From the IMG/VR virus record IMGVR_UViG_2609459856_000009: a stretch of DNA of 34,234 nucleotides. One strand, given 5' to 3'. Source of the DNA: a virus (lineage: Duplodnaviria > Heunggongvirae > Uroviricota > Caudoviricetes). This document shows positions 7,864 to 17,678 of the stretch, one piece after another. The translations under genes and the position numbers were made by a program. Under the pieces are notes generated by a model that was not told the origin of the DNA, made no database searches, and saw only the letters and a program-made list of their open reading frames with translations. Each line of letters opens with the position of its first letter. Position 1 is the first letter of the stretch.

Positions 7864-8793
7864 ATGGCAAACACTGCTGAGATATTCAATTTTCCTGTGC
7901 CGGATGCGGCACAAAAGGAGCCGCGCGTGGCAGATCTCGATGATGGTTATACGCGCATTGCAAATGAGTTGCTGGAAGCTGTGATGCTGGCCGGATTAAC
8001 ACAGCACCAGCTTCTGGTTTTCCTGGCTGTCATGCGCAAAACATATGGCTTTAATAAAAAACTGGATTGGGTGAGCAACGAGCAACTGTCCGAATTGACC
8101 GGGATATTGCCGCACAAGTGTTCTGCTGCAAAAAGTGTTCTGGTAAAGCGTGGGATTTTGATTCAGAGCGGGCGGAATATCGGTATTAATAATGTGGTCA
8201 GTGAATGGTCAACATTACCCGAATCAGGTAAGAAAAATAAAGTTTACCTGAAAGAGGTAAATTTACCTGAATCAGGTAAGAAAAGTTTACCCAAATCAGG
8301 TAAAGGCGTTTACCCGAATCAGGTAAACACAAAAGACAAACTAACAAAAGACAATATAAAACCTTTTTCGTCCGAGAATTCTGGAGAATCCTCTGACCAA
8401 CCAGAAAAGGATCTTCCTGTGGTGAAACCAGATGCTGCAATTCAGAGCGGCAGAAAGTGGGGGACAGCAGAAGACCTGACCGCCGCAGAGTGGATGTTTG
8501 ACATGGTGAAGACCATCGCGCCATCAGCCAGAAAACCGAATTTTGCAGGGTGGGCTAACGATATCCGCCTGATGCGTGAACGTGACGGACGTAACCACCG
8601 CGACATGTGCGTGCTGTTCCGCTGGGCATGCCAGGACAACTTCTGGTCCGGTAACGTGCTAAGTCCGGCCAAACTCCGCGACAAGTGGACCCAACTCGAA
8701 ATCAACCGTAACAAGCAACAGGCTGGCGTGACAGCCGGCAAACCAAAATTCGACCTGACGAACACTGACTGGATTTACGGGGTGGAGCTATGA
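7864..8793 (+). CDS. O: Replication initiator O (non-lambda N-terminal iteron-binding domain, lambda-like C-terminal domain)
   Basis: C-terminal half essentially identical to lambda O (SSENSGESSDQPEKDLPVVKPDAAIQSG...WIYGVEL); N-terminus diverged; GGAGG ribosome-binding site before ATG 7864. The longer ORF from 7774 is probably an upstream extension. Confidence 0.9.
   Translation: MANTAEIFNFPVPDAAQKEPRVADLDDGYTRIANELLEAVMLAGLTQHQLLVFLAVMRKTYGFNKKLDWVSNEQLSELTGILPHKCSAAKSVLVKRGILIQSGRNIGINNVVSEWSTLPESGKKNKVYLKEVNLPESGKKSLPKSGKGVYPNQVNTKDKLTKDNIKPFSSENSGESSDQPEKDLPVVKPDAAIQSGRKWGTAEDLTAAEWMFDMVKTIAPSARKPNFAGWANDIRLMRERDGRNHRDMCVLFRWACQDNFWSGNVLSPAKLRDKWTQLEINRNKQQAGVTAGKPKFDLTNTDWIYGVEL
8215..8365. 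repeat. Phage origin of replication inside O: iterons plus AT-rich tract
   Basis: Four to five direct copies of an 18-19 bp iteron TTACC(C/T)(G/A)AATCAGGTAA(G/A) at 8215, 8262, 8286 and 8309, with a degenerate copy near 8243, followed by an A-rich tract (acaaaagacaaactaacaaaagacaatataaaacc). Confidence 0.8.
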
Positions 8794-9491
8794 AAAACAT
8801 CGCCGCACAGATGGTTAACTTTGACCGTGAGCAGATGCGCCGGATCGCCAACAACATGCCGGAACAGTACGACGAAAAGCCGCAGGTACAGCAGGTAGCG
8901 CAGATCATCAACGGTGTGTTCAGCCAGTTACTGGCAACTTTCCCGGCGAGTCTGGCTAACCGTGACCAGAACGAACTGAACGAAATCCGCCGCCAGTGGG
9001 TTCTGGCTTTCCGGGAAAACGGGATCACCACAATGGAACAGGTTAACGCAGGAATGCGCGTAGCCCGTCGGCAGAATCGACCATTTCTGCCATCACCCGG
9101 GCAGTTTGTTGCATGGTGCCGGGAAGAAGCATCCGTTATCGCCGGACTGCCAAACGTCAGCGAGCTGGTTGATATGGTTTACGAGTATTGCCGGAAGCGA
9201 GGCCTGTATCCGGATGCGGAGTCTTATCCGTGGAAATCAAACGCGCACTACTGGCTGGTTACCAACCTGTATCAGAACATGCGGGCCAATGCGCTTACTG
9301 ATGCGGAATTACGCCGTAAGGCCGCAGATGAGCTTGTCCATATGACTGCGAGAATTAACCGTGGTGAGGCGATCCCTGAACCAGTAAAACAACTTCCTGT
9401 CATGGGCGGTAGACCTCTAAATCGTGCACAGGCTCTGGCGAAGATCGCAGAAATCAAAGCTAAGTTCGGACTGAAAGGAGCAAGCGTATGA
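8790..9491 (+). CDS. P: Replication protein P (DnaB helicase loader)
   Basis: 233-aa product essentially identical to lambda P (MKNIAAQMVNFDREQMRRIANNMPEQYDEKPQVQQVAQIINGVF...). Confidence 0.95.
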   Translation: MKNIAAQMVNFDREQMRRIANNMPEQYDEKPQVQQVAQIINGVFSQLLATFPASLANRDQNELNEIRRQWVLAFRENGITTMEQVNAGMRVARRQNRPFLPSPGQFVAWCREEASVIAGLPNVSELVDMVYEYCRKRGLYPDAESYPWKSNAHYWLVTNLYQNMRANALTDAELRRKAADELVHMTARINRGEAIPEPVKQLPVMGGRPLNRAQALAKIAEIKAKFGLKGASV

Positions 9492-9790
9492 CGGGCAAAG
9501 AGGCAATTATTCATTACCTGGGGACGCATAAGAGCTTCTGTGCACAGGACGTTGCCGCGGTAACAGGCGCAACCGTAACCAGCATAAATCAGGCTGCGGC
9601 TAAAATGGCGCGGGCAGGAATCCTGGTCGTTGATGGTAAGGTCTGGCGAACGGTGTATTACCGGTTCGCTACCAGAGAAGAACGGGAAGGAAAGGTGAGC
9701 ACGAATCTGATTTTTAAGGAGTGTCGCCAGAGTGCCGCGATGAAACGGGTATTGAGGGTATATAAAAGAACATCAATGGGTACACAATGA
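9488..9790 (+). CDS. ren: Ren protein
   Basis: 100-aa product matching lambda Ren (MTGKEAIIHYLGTHKSFCAQDVAAVTGATVTSINQAAAKMARAG...); overlaps the P stop. Confidence 0.88.
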   Translation: MTGKEAIIHYLGTHKSFCAQDVAAVTGATVTSINQAAAKMARAGILVVDGKVWRTVYYRFATREEREGKVSTNLIFKECRQSAAMKRVLRVYKRTSMGTQ

Positions 9791-9857
9791 TGAAACAGGT
9801 GAGTTGAGTTCAAACTGTAGTACAATTCTCTCCAGTTTGAACAGGAAAGAATATGCT

Positions 9858-10190
9858 ATGAACCCTTATATTTATCTTGGTGGTGCAATACTTGCAGAGG
9901 TCATTGGTACAACCTTAATGAAGTTTTCAGAAGGTTTTACACGGTTATGGCCATCTGTTGGTACAATTATTTGTTATTGTGCATCATTCTGGTTATTAGC
10001 TCAGACGCTGGCTTATATTCCTACAGGGATTGCTTATGCTATCTGGTCAGGAGTCGGTATTGTCCTGATTAGCTTACTGTCATGGGGATTTTTCGGCCAA
10101 CGGCTGGACCTGCCAGCCATTATAGGCATGATGTTGATTTGTGCCGGTGTGTTGGTTATTAATTTATTGTCACGAAGTACACCACATTAA
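9858..10190 (+). CDS. emrE: SMR-family multidrug efflux transporter EmrE
   Basis: 110-aa product from MNPYIYLGGAILAEVIGTTLMKFSEGFTRLWPSVG... matches E. coli EmrE; AGGAAAG ribosome-binding site before ATG 9858. The track ORF from 9804 carries an N-terminal extension. Confidence 0.93.
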   Translation: MNPYIYLGGAILAEVIGTTLMKFSEGFTRLWPSVGTIICYCASFWLLAQTLAYIPTGIAYAIWSGVGIVLISLLSWGFFGQRLDLPAIIGMMLICAGVLVINLLSRSTPH

Positions 10191-10220
10191 AATAATTTGT
10201 TTCTAAACGACTAAAATATG

Positions 10221-10260
10221 GAGGCTCTTATATTTATATGAGCCTCGTTTTATGCTTTTT
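10221..10260 (+). terminator. Candidate terminator after emrE
   Basis: GAGGCTC...GAGCCTC 7-bp stem (10221-10227 with 10240-10246) followed by a T-rich stretch (gttttatgcttttt). Confidence 0.45.
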
Positions 10261-10444
10261 GTTAATGTCTTTATTTTTTATGTATTCTTTTGTGCCTTCA
10301 AGATTATGGCGTAAGAAAATTGCAATACGATTATTGTTGTATATTCAAGATAATGTGACCTTAATTGTCTTTTTAAATAAAAATTAAACAAAAATTATAT
10401 CCCACCACTAAGGTTTATAAAAGCATACGTTAGCAGGTGTCACC

Positions 10445-11971
10445 ATGAAAAAAGCCATAGCATATATGCGATTTTCATCACCAGGTCAGATGTCTGGCGA
10501 CTCATTAAACCGACAGAGAAGACTTATTGCTGAATGGTTAAAGGTAAATAGTGATTATTATCTTGATACCATAACATATGAAGATTTAGGATTAAGTGCA
10601 TTCAAAGGAAAGCATGCACAATCAGGAGCTTTTTCGGAATTTTTAGATGCTATAGAGCATGGTTATATATTGCCAGGAACTACATTGTTAGTTGAAAGTC
10701 TGGACAGACTTTCAAGAGAAAAAGTCGGTGAAGCGATTGAACGTCTGAAATTGATTTTGAATCACGGTATTGATGTTATAACTCTTTGCGACAATACAGT
10801 CTATAATATTGACTCTTTGAATGAGCCATATTCATTAATAAAAGCCATACTTATAGCACAAAGGGCAAATGAAGAAAGCGAGATAAAGTCAAGTCGGGTT
10901 AAATTATCATGGAAGAAAAAACGGCAGGATGCACTGGAATCAGGTACGATTATGACGGCGTCTTGTCCGAGATGGCTCTCCTTAGATGACAAAAGAACGG
11001 CTTTTGTTCCAGACCCCGACAGGGTGAAAACTATTGAGCTAATTTTTAAACTCAGGATGGAAAGGCGCTCATTGAATGCAATAGCCAAGTATTTAAATGA
11101 TCATGCTGTAAAGAATTTCTCAGGAAAAGAAAGTGCATGGGGACCTTCTGTAATTGAAAAATTATTAGCGAATAAAGCTCTGATAGGTATATGCGTACCT
11201 TCATATCGTGCAAGAGGGAAAGGGATAAGTGAAATCGCTGGCTATTATCCCAGAGTCATATCAGATGATTTGTTTTACGCTGTACAGGAAATTCGGTTGG
11301 CACCTTTTGGTATTAGCAATAGTAGCAAGAATCCTATGCTAATAAATCTACTTCGAACAGTTATGAAGTGTGAGGCTTGTGGTAATACCATGATTGTTCA
11401 TGCGGTATCTGGAAGTTTGCATGGCTATTATGTTTGTCCGATGAGAAGATTACATCGATGTGACAGGCCATCAATAAAAAGAGATTTGGTTGATTATAAT
11501 ATCATTAATGAATTGCTTTTTAATTGTAGCAAAATTCAACCAGTTGAAAACAAGAAAGATGCTAATGAAACTTTAGAGTTAAAAATTATTGAGCTTCAGA
11601 TGAAAATTAATAATTTAATCGTTGCATTGTCTGTCGCGCCTGAAGTTACCGCTATAGCAGAGAAAATAAGACTATTAGATAAGGAATTACGAAGGGCTTC
11701 GGTATCATTGAAAACTTTGAAGAGTAAAGGTGTAAATTCATTCAGTGATTTTTATGCTATTGACTTAACCAGTAAAAATGGACGAGAGTTATGCCGTACA
11801 CTTGCCTATAAAACATTCGAAAAAATCATAATTAATACGGATAATAAAACCTGTGATATCTATTTTATGAATGGCATTGTTTTTAAACACTATCCTTTAA
11901 TGAAAGTAATATCCGCCCAGCAGGCGATAAGTGCTCTCAAATATATGGTTGATGGTGAGATTTATTTCTAA
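10445..11971 (+). CDS. ybcK: Large serine recombinase (DLP12 YbcK-like)
   Basis: 508-aa product with an N-terminal resolvase/invertase-type catalytic domain (AIAYMRFSSPGQ...) followed by recombinase and zinc-ribbon regions; matches my recollection of K-12 YbcK. Low-GC gene. Confidence 0.85.
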   Translation: MKKAIAYMRFSSPGQMSGDSLNRQRRLIAEWLKVNSDYYLDTITYEDLGLSAFKGKHAQSGAFSEFLDAIEHGYILPGTTLLVESLDRLSREKVGEAIERLKLILNHGIDVITLCDNTVYNIDSLNEPYSLIKAILIAQRANEESEIKSSRVKLSWKKKRQDALESGTIMTASCPRWLSLDDKRTAFVPDPDRVKTIELIFKLRMERRSLNAIAKYLNDHAVKNFSGKESAWGPSVIEKLLANKALIGICVPSYRARGKGISEIAGYYPRVISDDLFYAVQEIRLAPFGISNSSKNPMLINLLRTVMKCEACGNTMIVHAVSGSLHGYYVCPMRRLHRCDRPSIKRDLVDYNIINELLFNCSKIQPVENKKDANETLELKIIELQMKINNLIVALSVAPEVTAIAEKIRLLDKELRRASVSLKTLKSKGVNSFSDFYAIDLTSKNGRELCRTLAYKTFEKIIINTDNKTCDIYFMNGIVFKHYPLMKVISAQQAISALKYMVDGEIYF

Positions 11972-12435
11972 ATAATGATCTCGGATTTTAAGTTATGCTA
12001 TGATGATAAAGTGCAAGACAGAATTAATTATCTTTAACGAAACTTAATGGGTAATTACTTTGTTTGCTCCCACAAGCGAGTTTTGTACGGCTGTATTGGG
12101 GTAGTAAATGAGCTATACAATCTTAATCATTTGTTAGGTGAGAACTCTTGGTCGCAGATTCAAATACTGAAAATACGTGACAAATTATTATGAGCAAAAT
12201 GGTGTATGTCACGTATTTTGAATGGTAGGTTAAAAAATAACACCAACTTTCGTAGGTATTACTAATAATAAAGCAGAGTTTTTAGATAGTATCAATGTGC
12301 TTTGTGTATATTGTGGCAAATAATTGGGTTGGGGGTACAATTGTGATTGCTTTTGCATGAACATTGCGCCTTTATGCATAATGAGATAAAGGAATATCAA
12401 ATAAAATAACGATAGGTCATAACAAAGAGGTTTTT

Positions 12436-12987
12436 ATGAAAACACTTATCGTTTCAACTGTATTGGCATTCATAACATTTTCTGCGCAGGCTGCAGCATT
12501 TCAGGTCACTAGTAATGAAATAAAAACAGGAGAGCAACTTACAACGTCTCATGTCTTTTCTGGATTTGGGTGTGAAGGTGGTAATACATCGCCCTCATTA
12601 ACCTGGTCTGGTGTTCCTGAAGGTACCAAAAGCTTTGCCGTAACTGTATATGATCCAGATGCACCTACAGGCAGTGGTTGGTGGCATTGGACTGTTGTTA
12701 ATATTCCAGCAACAGTAACATATTTGCCCGTTGATGCAGGGAGACGTGATGGAACAAAACTGCCGACTGGTGCTGTTCAAGGCCGAAATGATTTTGGCTA
12801 TGCTGGGTTTGGTGGCGCATGTCCTCCTAAAGGAGATAAACCACATCATTACCAGTTTAAAGTATGGGCTCTAAAAACTGAAAAGATTCCTGTAGATTCT
12901 AACTCCAGCGGAGCGTTAGTTGGTTATATGCTTAATGCTAATAAAATCGCAACCGCTGAGATAACACCAGTTTATGAGATAAAGTAG
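12436..12987 (+). CDS. ybcL: Periplasmic PEBP/UPF0098-family protein (YbcL-like)
   Basis: 183-aa product with a signal peptide (MKTLIVSTVLAFITFSAQA) and PEBP-like motifs (DPDAP, GWWHW); matches my recollection of K-12 YbcL. Confidence 0.85.
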   Translation: MKTLIVSTVLAFITFSAQAAAFQVTSNEIKTGEQLTTSHVFSGFGCEGGNTSPSLTWSGVPEGTKSFAVTVYDPDAPTGSGWWHWTVVNIPATVTYLPVDAGRRDGTKLPTGAVQGRNDFGYAGFGGACPPKGDKPHHYQFKVWALKTEKIPVDSNSSGALVGYMLNANKIATAEITPVYEIK

Positions 12988-12996
12988 GGTGAGAGT

Positions 12997-13794
12997 ATGC
13001 TGGCAAGAGGTAAGACTAACTTAAAGATCGAAGAAATACGAATGCATAAACATCATGAGATTCATAGGGTTAAGCCTCTTATGCCAGCTTTGTGTCGTAT
13101 CCGTCAGGGAAAGAAAGTTATCAATTGGGAGACGCATACTTTAACTGTTGATAATAATCAAATAATATTATTTCCTTGTGGTTATGAATTTTATATTGAG
13201 AATTATCCTGAAGCAGGGCTTTATCTTGCAGAAATGCTTTACTTACCCATTGATTTAATTGAGAGTTTCCAAAAACTTTATACGGTAACTGATCAAATAC
13301 GTAACAAAACAAGTTTCTTTTTACCTCAGAATCCTGAGTTAATATATTGTTGGGAGCAACTAAAAACATCTGTTTCCCGAGGCTTCTCAACTAAAATTCA
13401 GGAACACTTAGCAATGGGCGTTCTACTTTCGTTAGGAGTGAATCATGTTAATCATTTACTTTTATCATATAGTAAACAATCATTGATAAGTCGTTGTTAT
13501 AGCCTGCTGCTATCCGAACCCGGCACAAAATGGACAGCAAACAAGGTTGCACGATATCTCTACATTTCTGTTTCTACATTACATCGCCGTCTAGCAAGCG
13601 AGGGGGTAAGTTTCCAAAGTATACTGGACGATGTGAGGTTAAATAATGCGTTGTCTGCTATACAAACGACGGTAAAACCTATAAGCGAGATTGCCAGAGA
13701 AAATGGTTATAAGTGTCCTTCTCGTTTTACTGAAAGATTTCATAATCGTTTTAATATAACACCAAGAGAGATAAGAAAAGCTTCCAGAGAGTAA
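12997..13794 (+). CDS. ybcM: AraC-family transcriptional regulator (YbcM-like)
   Basis: 265-aa product with a C-terminal AraC-type HTH ([43 protein letters not shown]...). Confidence 0.8.
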   Translation: MLARGKTNLKIEEIRMHKHHEIHRVKPLMPALCRIRQGKKVINWETHTLTVDNNQIILFPCGYEFYIENYPEAGLYLAEMLYLPIDLIESFQKLYTVTDQIRNKTSFFLPQNPELIYCWEQLKTSVSRGFSTKIQEHLAMGVLLSLGVNHVNHLLLSYSKQSLISRCYSLLLSEPGTKWTANKVARYLYISVSTLHRRLASEGVSFQSILDDVRLNNALSAIQTTVKPISEIARENGYKCPSRFTERFHNRFNITPREIRKASRE

Positions 13795-13858
13795 AAGTGT
13801 TTTAAGAAGGAGCAATTCTATCGATTTTGATTTTGGGAAATCAACACGGCATAATTAT

Positions 13859-13887
13859 GTCACCGGAGCCTGAACAACTCCGGTGAC
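13859..13887 (+). terminator. Hairpin or terminator downstream of ybcM
   Basis: Perfect 10-bp stem GTCACCGGAG...CTCCGGTGAC (13859-13868 with 13878-13887) with a 9-nt loop; the downstream U-run is weak. Confidence 0.5.
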
Positions 13888-13910
13888 TTCTGCGCTAAAC
13901 GGGGACGTTT

Positions 13911-14012
13911 ATGCGCACATACAATCCAAACTCTCTTCTCCCTTCACAGATGCAGAAATGCACCTGCAATTCTTTGCATCTAGCGTTTGAGCTCTGCGGA
14001 GGTGAAGCGTGA
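13911..14012 (+). CDS. ylcH: Small protein (YlcH-like), 33 aa
   Basis: Short ATG ORF ([33 protein letters not shown]) whose stop overlaps the GTG start of the ninB-like gene; position matches K-12 ylcH as I recall it. Confidence 0.4.
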   Translation: MRTYNPNSLLPSQMQKCTCNSLHLAFELCGGEA

Positions 14013-14464
14013 ACCTCTCACAAGACGGCATCAAATTACATCGCGGCAACTTCACCGCTATCGGCCAGCAGATCCAGCCTTATCTGGAGGAAGGCAAATG
14101 CTTTCGCATGGTGCTTAAACCGTGGCGAGAGAAACGCAGTCTTTCCCAGAATGCACTCAGCCATATGTGGTACAGCGAAATCAGTGAATACCTCATCAGC
14201 AGGGGGAAATCGTTCGCTACCGCAGCATGGGTAAAAGATGCTCTCAAACACACATACCTCGGTTATGAAACCAAGGACCTGGTTGATGTCGTAACCGGCG
14301 AAATCACTACTATCCAGTCGTTACGCCATACCTCCGATCTTGATACCGGAGAGATGTATGTCTTCCTGTGTAAGGTTGAAGCCTGGGCGATGAATATTGG
14401 CTGCAACCTGACTATTCCGCAGAGCTGCGAGTTCCAGCTGCTGCGCGACAAGCAGGAGGCGTAA
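14009..14464 (+). CDS. ybcN: NinB/Orf-family recombination protein (YbcN-like)
   Basis: 151-aa product, GTG start at 14009; nin-region position, matches my recollection of DLP12 YbcN/NinB. Confidence 0.82.
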   Translation: MNLSQDGIKLHRGNFTAIGQQIQPYLEEGKCFRMVLKPWREKRSLSQNALSHMWYSEISEYLISRGKSFATAAWVKDALKHTYLGYETKDLVDVVTGEITTIQSLRHTSDLDTGEMYVFLCKVEAWAMNIGCNLTIPQSCEFQLLRDKQEA

Positions 14465-14634
14465 TGGCTACACCGCTTATTCGTGTCATGAACGGACACA
14501 TCTACAGAGTACCAAATCGTCGTAAGCGTAAGCCTGAGCTGAAGCCATCCGAAATACCAACACTGCTCGGATATACCGCCAGCCTGGTTGATAAAAAATG
14601 GTTGCGACTGGCAGCAAGGAGGAGTCATGGCTGA
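14464..14634 (+). CDS. ninE: NinE-like protein (56 aa)
   Basis: Below the ORF-track size cutoff. ATG overlaps the ninB stop (TAATG); product [56 protein letters not shown]. Confidence 0.7.
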   Translation: MATPLIRVMNGHIYRVPNRRKRKPELKPSEIPTLLGYTASLVDKKWLRLAARRSHG

Positions 14635-14917
14635 TTTGAGAAAAGCAGCGCGTGGTCGGGAATGCCAGGTAAGAATCCCTGGCGTATGTAATGGCAATTC
14701 TGAAACGTCTGTACTGGCACATATCCGGCTGGCTGGATTGTGCGGCACCGGTATTAAACCGCCAGACCTTATTGCCACCATTGCATGTTCTGCCTGTCAC
14801 GACGAGATCGACCGTCGCACGCATTTTGTTGACGCTGGATATGCAAAAGAATGCGCGCTGGAAGGTATGGCGAGAACACAGGTTATCTGGCTGAAAGAGG
14901 GGGTTATTAAGGCGTGA
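14627..14917 (+). CDS. ybcO: DUF1364-family putative nuclease (YbcO-like)
   Basis: 96-aa product from [23 protein letters not shown]... with Cys/His cluster; AAGGAGG ribosome-binding site before ATG 14627. Confidence 0.8.
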   Translation: MADLRKAARGRECQVRIPGVCNGNSETSVLAHIRLAGLCGTGIKPPDLIATIACSACHDEIDRRTHFVDAGYAKECALEGMARTQVIWLKEGVIKA

Positions 14918-15276
14918 ATACCTACAGCATCACATTACCCTGGCCTCCGAGCAATAATCGCTATTACCGCCATAATCGCGGGCGCACGCACATCAGCGCA
15001 GAGGGGCAAGCATACCGCGATAACGTCGCCCGAATCATCAAAGGCTCCATGCTGGATATCGGCCTGGCTATGCCAGTGAAAATCCGCATTGAGTGCCACA
15101 TGCCGGATCGCCGTCGCCGTGACCTGGATAATCTGCAAAAAGCCGCTTTTGACGCACTTACTAAAGCAGGTTTCTGGCTGGATGATGCGCAGGTTGTTGA
15201 TTACCGCGTTGTGAAGATGCCGATCGTTAAAGGCGGGAAGCTGGAGCTGACCATTACAGAACTGGAGGGCGAATGA
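14914..15276 (+). CDS. rusA: Holliday junction resolvase RusA
   Basis: 120-aa product matching RusA ([36 protein letters not shown]...[13 protein letters not shown]). Confidence 0.92.
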   Translation: MNTYSITLPWPPSNNRYYRHNRGRTHISAEGQAYRDNVARIIKGSMLDIGLAMPVKIRIECHMPDRRRRDLDNLQKAAFDALTKAGFWLDDAQVVDYRVVKMPIVKGGKLELTITELEGE

Positions 15277-15413
15277 CGTTTGAATCTTATATCACAGAAC
15301 ACCTCCGCCTTCGCTGGATGCGCCTGCGGTTGTACCGGTTTTCCGGTTCTGTCGTGACTGATTACCGAATACTGAAAAATTACGCCAAAACACTGAAAGG
15401 AGCGGCCGCATGA
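15273..15413 (+). CDS. ylcG: Small protein (YlcG-like), 46 aa
   Basis: Below the ORF-track cutoff. ATG overlaps the rusA stop and its own stop overlaps the Q start (ATGA), so it is translationally coupled. Confidence 0.55.
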   Translation: MTFESYITEHLRLRWMRLRLYRFSGSVVTDYRILKNYAKTLKGAAA

Positions 15414-16099
15414 ATACCCAATATTTACAGTTTGTTCGCGAGCAGCTCATGGTGGCCACCGCCGATCTGAGTGGTGCGACGAAAGGGCAGTTGGTGGCCT
15501 GGCAGGAGCATGCGCAATTTGATACCGGTACATACAAACGAAAGAAACCGCGCATTCTGGATGAAGTGACCGGCAGGTTAATAACGCTGGATAATCCGCC
15601 GATACCCGGTAAGCAGTCACGGGCGAAAGGCTCATCCATTGCCCTGGTCAGTCCGATCGAGTTCTCAACATCATCATGGCGCCGCGCGGTTCTGTCTCTC
15701 GAAGAACATCAGAAAGCGTGGTTGCTGTGGAGTTACAGCGAAAGTGTTCGCTGGGAACATCAGGTCACCATAACGCAGTGGGCATGGAGCGAGTTTAAGA
15801 CTCTGTTGGGTACCAGGAAAATTGCAGGTAAGACACTGGAACGTTTGAAGAAGTTGATCTGGCTGGCGGCACAGGATGTGAAGAACGAGCTGGCAGGGCG
15901 TAAGACCTATGAATACCAGGAGTTGGCATCACTGGTGGGAGTGACATCAAAAAACTGGTCTGAGACATTTACTGAACGCTGGGTTGCAATGAAGCACATT
16001 TTTCTACAGCTTGATAGCCAAGCTTTATTGCTTTTAACGAAAACACGTTCAAAACAAAAGACCACATTTTCACAGCAAGATATTGCAAAACTGGATTAA
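15410..16099 (+). CDS. Q: Late-gene antiterminator Q (full length)
   Basis: 229-aa product in the Q position upstream of the lysis cassette; N-terminal part matches my recollection of DLP12 QuuD. Confidence 0.8.
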   Translation: MNTQYLQFVREQLMVATADLSGATKGQLVAWQEHAQFDTGTYKRKKPRILDEVTGRLITLDNPPIPGKQSRAKGSSIALVSPIEFSTSSWRRAVLSLEEHQKAWLLWSYSESVRWEHQVTITQWAWSEFKTLLGTRKIAGKTLERLKKLIWLAAQDVKNELAGRKTYEYQELASLVGVTSKNWSETFTERWVAMKHIFLQLDSQALLLLTKTRSKQKTTFSQQDIAKLD

Positions 16100-16280
16100 A
16101 AATCATATATTTTATGTAAATCTGATATTTTGCCAATGTTGTACGCACTGGCAGTAATCCAAATTCAAGCCCGAGGTTTAAAGCCTTGGGCTTTTCTGTT
16201 TCTGGGCGGTGAGTATCCTTCCAACGTACCCCAGCCAGGGTGTCTTCAGCTGTTGAGTTGATATTGCTTAACCCTCTGTT
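16100..16280 (+). promoter_or_regulatory. Late promoter / qut / short late leader region
   Basis: About 300-bp non-coding gap between Q and the holin, containing an imperfect 10-bp hairpin (16167-16193) followed by a U-rich run. Positional inference only; promoter hexamers not confidently assigned. Confidence 0.4.
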
Positions 16281-16306
16281 GCCAGCTACATGCTGGCTTT
16301 TTTATT
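16281..16306 (+). terminator. Intrinsic terminator (tR'-like)
   Basis: GCCAGC-tacat-GCTGGC stem-loop followed by TTTTTTTAT. Confidence 0.7.
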
Positions 16307-16420
16307 CCAGGCTTGCGGGGAGCATCAACTCCGTGCTTTGTCGTTAAATTACCCCGTGAGCCTGATTTCTGACATTTAACGTCCCGGCCTTTTGTCGGCG
16401 GCGAAACATTGGCTATTCAT

Positions 16421-16726
16421 ATGCACGAAAAAGAGAGCCTTGCCGGAGCGTTCTGGCTCGTTTTGCTGATCATCGCAGGTTGGGGCGGTCTGGTCCGCTA
16501 CCTGATAGATGTGAAGCAGAGTAAAGCAACGTGGAGCTGGATAAATGCTTTGGCTCAGATAGTGGTGTCGGGATTCACCGGTGTTATTGGTGGCCTGATC
16601 AGTATCGAAAGTGGATTCAGTATTTACATGATTCTCGCGACAGCGGGGATTAGTGGTGCGATGGGTTCGGTTGCACTGACATACTTCTGGGAACGACTGA
16701 CAGGGGTGAAAAATGCTAAATCTTAA
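16421..16726 (+). CDS. Holin (three predicted transmembrane segments)
   Basis: About 101-aa product with three hydrophobic segments and a charged C-terminus, immediately upstream of and overlapping the endolysin gene. First ATG at 16421; the track ORF begins at a TTG at 16409. Confidence 0.7.
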   Translation: MHEKESLAGAFWLVLLIIAGWGGLVRYLIDVKQSKATWSWINALAQIVVSGFTGVIGGLISIESGFSIYMILATAGISGAMGSVALTYFWERLTGVKNAKS

Positions 16727-17189
16727 TCCTCAGCGTAAAGCTTTCCTCGATATGTTGGCGTGGTCAGAAGGAACGGATAACGGGCGACAGCCAACCCGCA
16801 ATCACGGCTACGACGTTATTGTAGGTGGTGAGCTATTCACTGATTACTCCGATCATCCTCGCAAACTTGTCACGCTAAACCCAAAACTTAAATCAACGGC
16901 TGCTGGACGCTACCAGATTCTTTCCCGGTGGTGGGATGCTTACTGTAAACAGCTTGGTTTGAAAGACTTTTCCCCCAATAGCCAGGACGCAGTGGCATTG
17001 CAGCAGATTAAAGAGCGTGGCGCTTTACCGATGATTGATCGCGGTGATATTCGTCAGGCAATCGACCGTTGCAGCAATATCTGGGCTTCACTGCCGGGTG
17101 CTGGTTATGGTCAGTTCGAGCATAAGGTTGACAGTTTGATTGCAAAATTCAAAGAAGCAGGCGGAACGGTCAGAGAGATTGAGGTATGA
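16713..17189 (+). CDS. R: Endolysin R (lytic transglycosylase)
   Basis: 158-aa product near-identical to lambda R ([64 protein letters not shown]...). Confidence 0.95.
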   Translation: MLNLNPQRKAFLDMLAWSEGTDNGRQPTRNHGYDVIVGGELFTDYSDHPRKLVTLNPKLKSTAAGRYQILSRWWDAYCKQLGLKDFSPNSQDAVALQQIKERGALPMIDRGDIRQAIDRCSNIWASLPGAGYGQFEHKVDSLIAKFKEAGGTVREIEV

Positions 17190-17647
17190 GCAGATTAACC
17201 GCGATTATCTCCGCTCTGCTCATCTGCATCATCGTCTGCCTGTCATGGGCTGTTAATCATTACCGTGATAACGCCATTACCTACAAAGCCCAGCGCGACA
17301 AAAATGCCAGAGAACTGAAGCTGGCGAACGTGGCAATTACTGACATGCAGATGCGTCAGCGTGATGTTGCTGCGCTCGATGCAAAATACACGAAGGAGTT
17401 AGCTGATGCGAAAGCTGAAAATGATGCTCTGCGTGATGATGTTGCCGCTGGTCGTCGTCGGTTGCACATCAAAGCAGTCTGTCAGTCAGTGCGTGAAGCC
17501 ACCACCGCCTCCGGCGTGGATAATGCAGCCTCCCCCCGACTGGCAGACACCGCTGAACGGGATTATTTCACCCTCAGAGAGAGGCTGATCACTATGCAAA
17601 AACAACTGGAAGGAACCCAGAAGTATATTAATGAGCAGTGCAGATAG
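17186..17647 (+). CDS. Rz: Spanin inner-membrane subunit Rz
   Basis: 153-aa product matching lambda Rz ([38 protein letters not shown]...). Confidence 0.93.
   Translation: MSRLTAIISALLICIIVCLSWAVNHYRDNAITYKAQRDKNARELKLANVAITDMQMRQRDVAALDAKYTKELADAKAENDALRDDVAAGRRRLHIKAVCQSVREATTASGVDNAASPRLADTAERDYFTLRERLITMQKQLEGTQKYINEQCR
17406..17588 (+). CDS. Rz1: Spanin outer-membrane lipoprotein Rz1 (embedded in Rz, +1 frame)
   Basis: 60-aa ORF with a lipobox (VVGCTS) and proline-rich region, entirely inside Rz in another frame as in lambda. Confidence 0.85.
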   Translation: MRKLKMMLCVMMLPLVVVGCTSKQSVSQCVKPPPPPAWIMQPPPDWQTPLNGIISPSERG

Positions 17648-17678
17648 AGCTGCCCATATCGATGGGCAACTCATGCAA

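Noticed and set aside
8215-8330. Possible CRISPR-like repeat array
   Set aside because: The repeats are 18-19 bp iterons inside the O coding frame with irregular short spacing and a following AT-rich tract: a phage origin, not repeat-spacer units. The same reasoning applies to the 9-mer array at 31827-32056.
9804-9857. 18-codon N-terminal extension of emrE in the ORF track
   Set aside because: The ATG at 9858 with an AGGAAAG ribosome-binding site gives the canonical 110-aa EmrE beginning MNPYIYLGG; the upstream codons are leader.
14263-14781. 172-aa and 112-aa minus-strand ORFs across ybcN/ninE/ybcO
   Set aside because: Antisense to a tightly overlapped, co-oriented nin operon with translational coupling; no independent signals.
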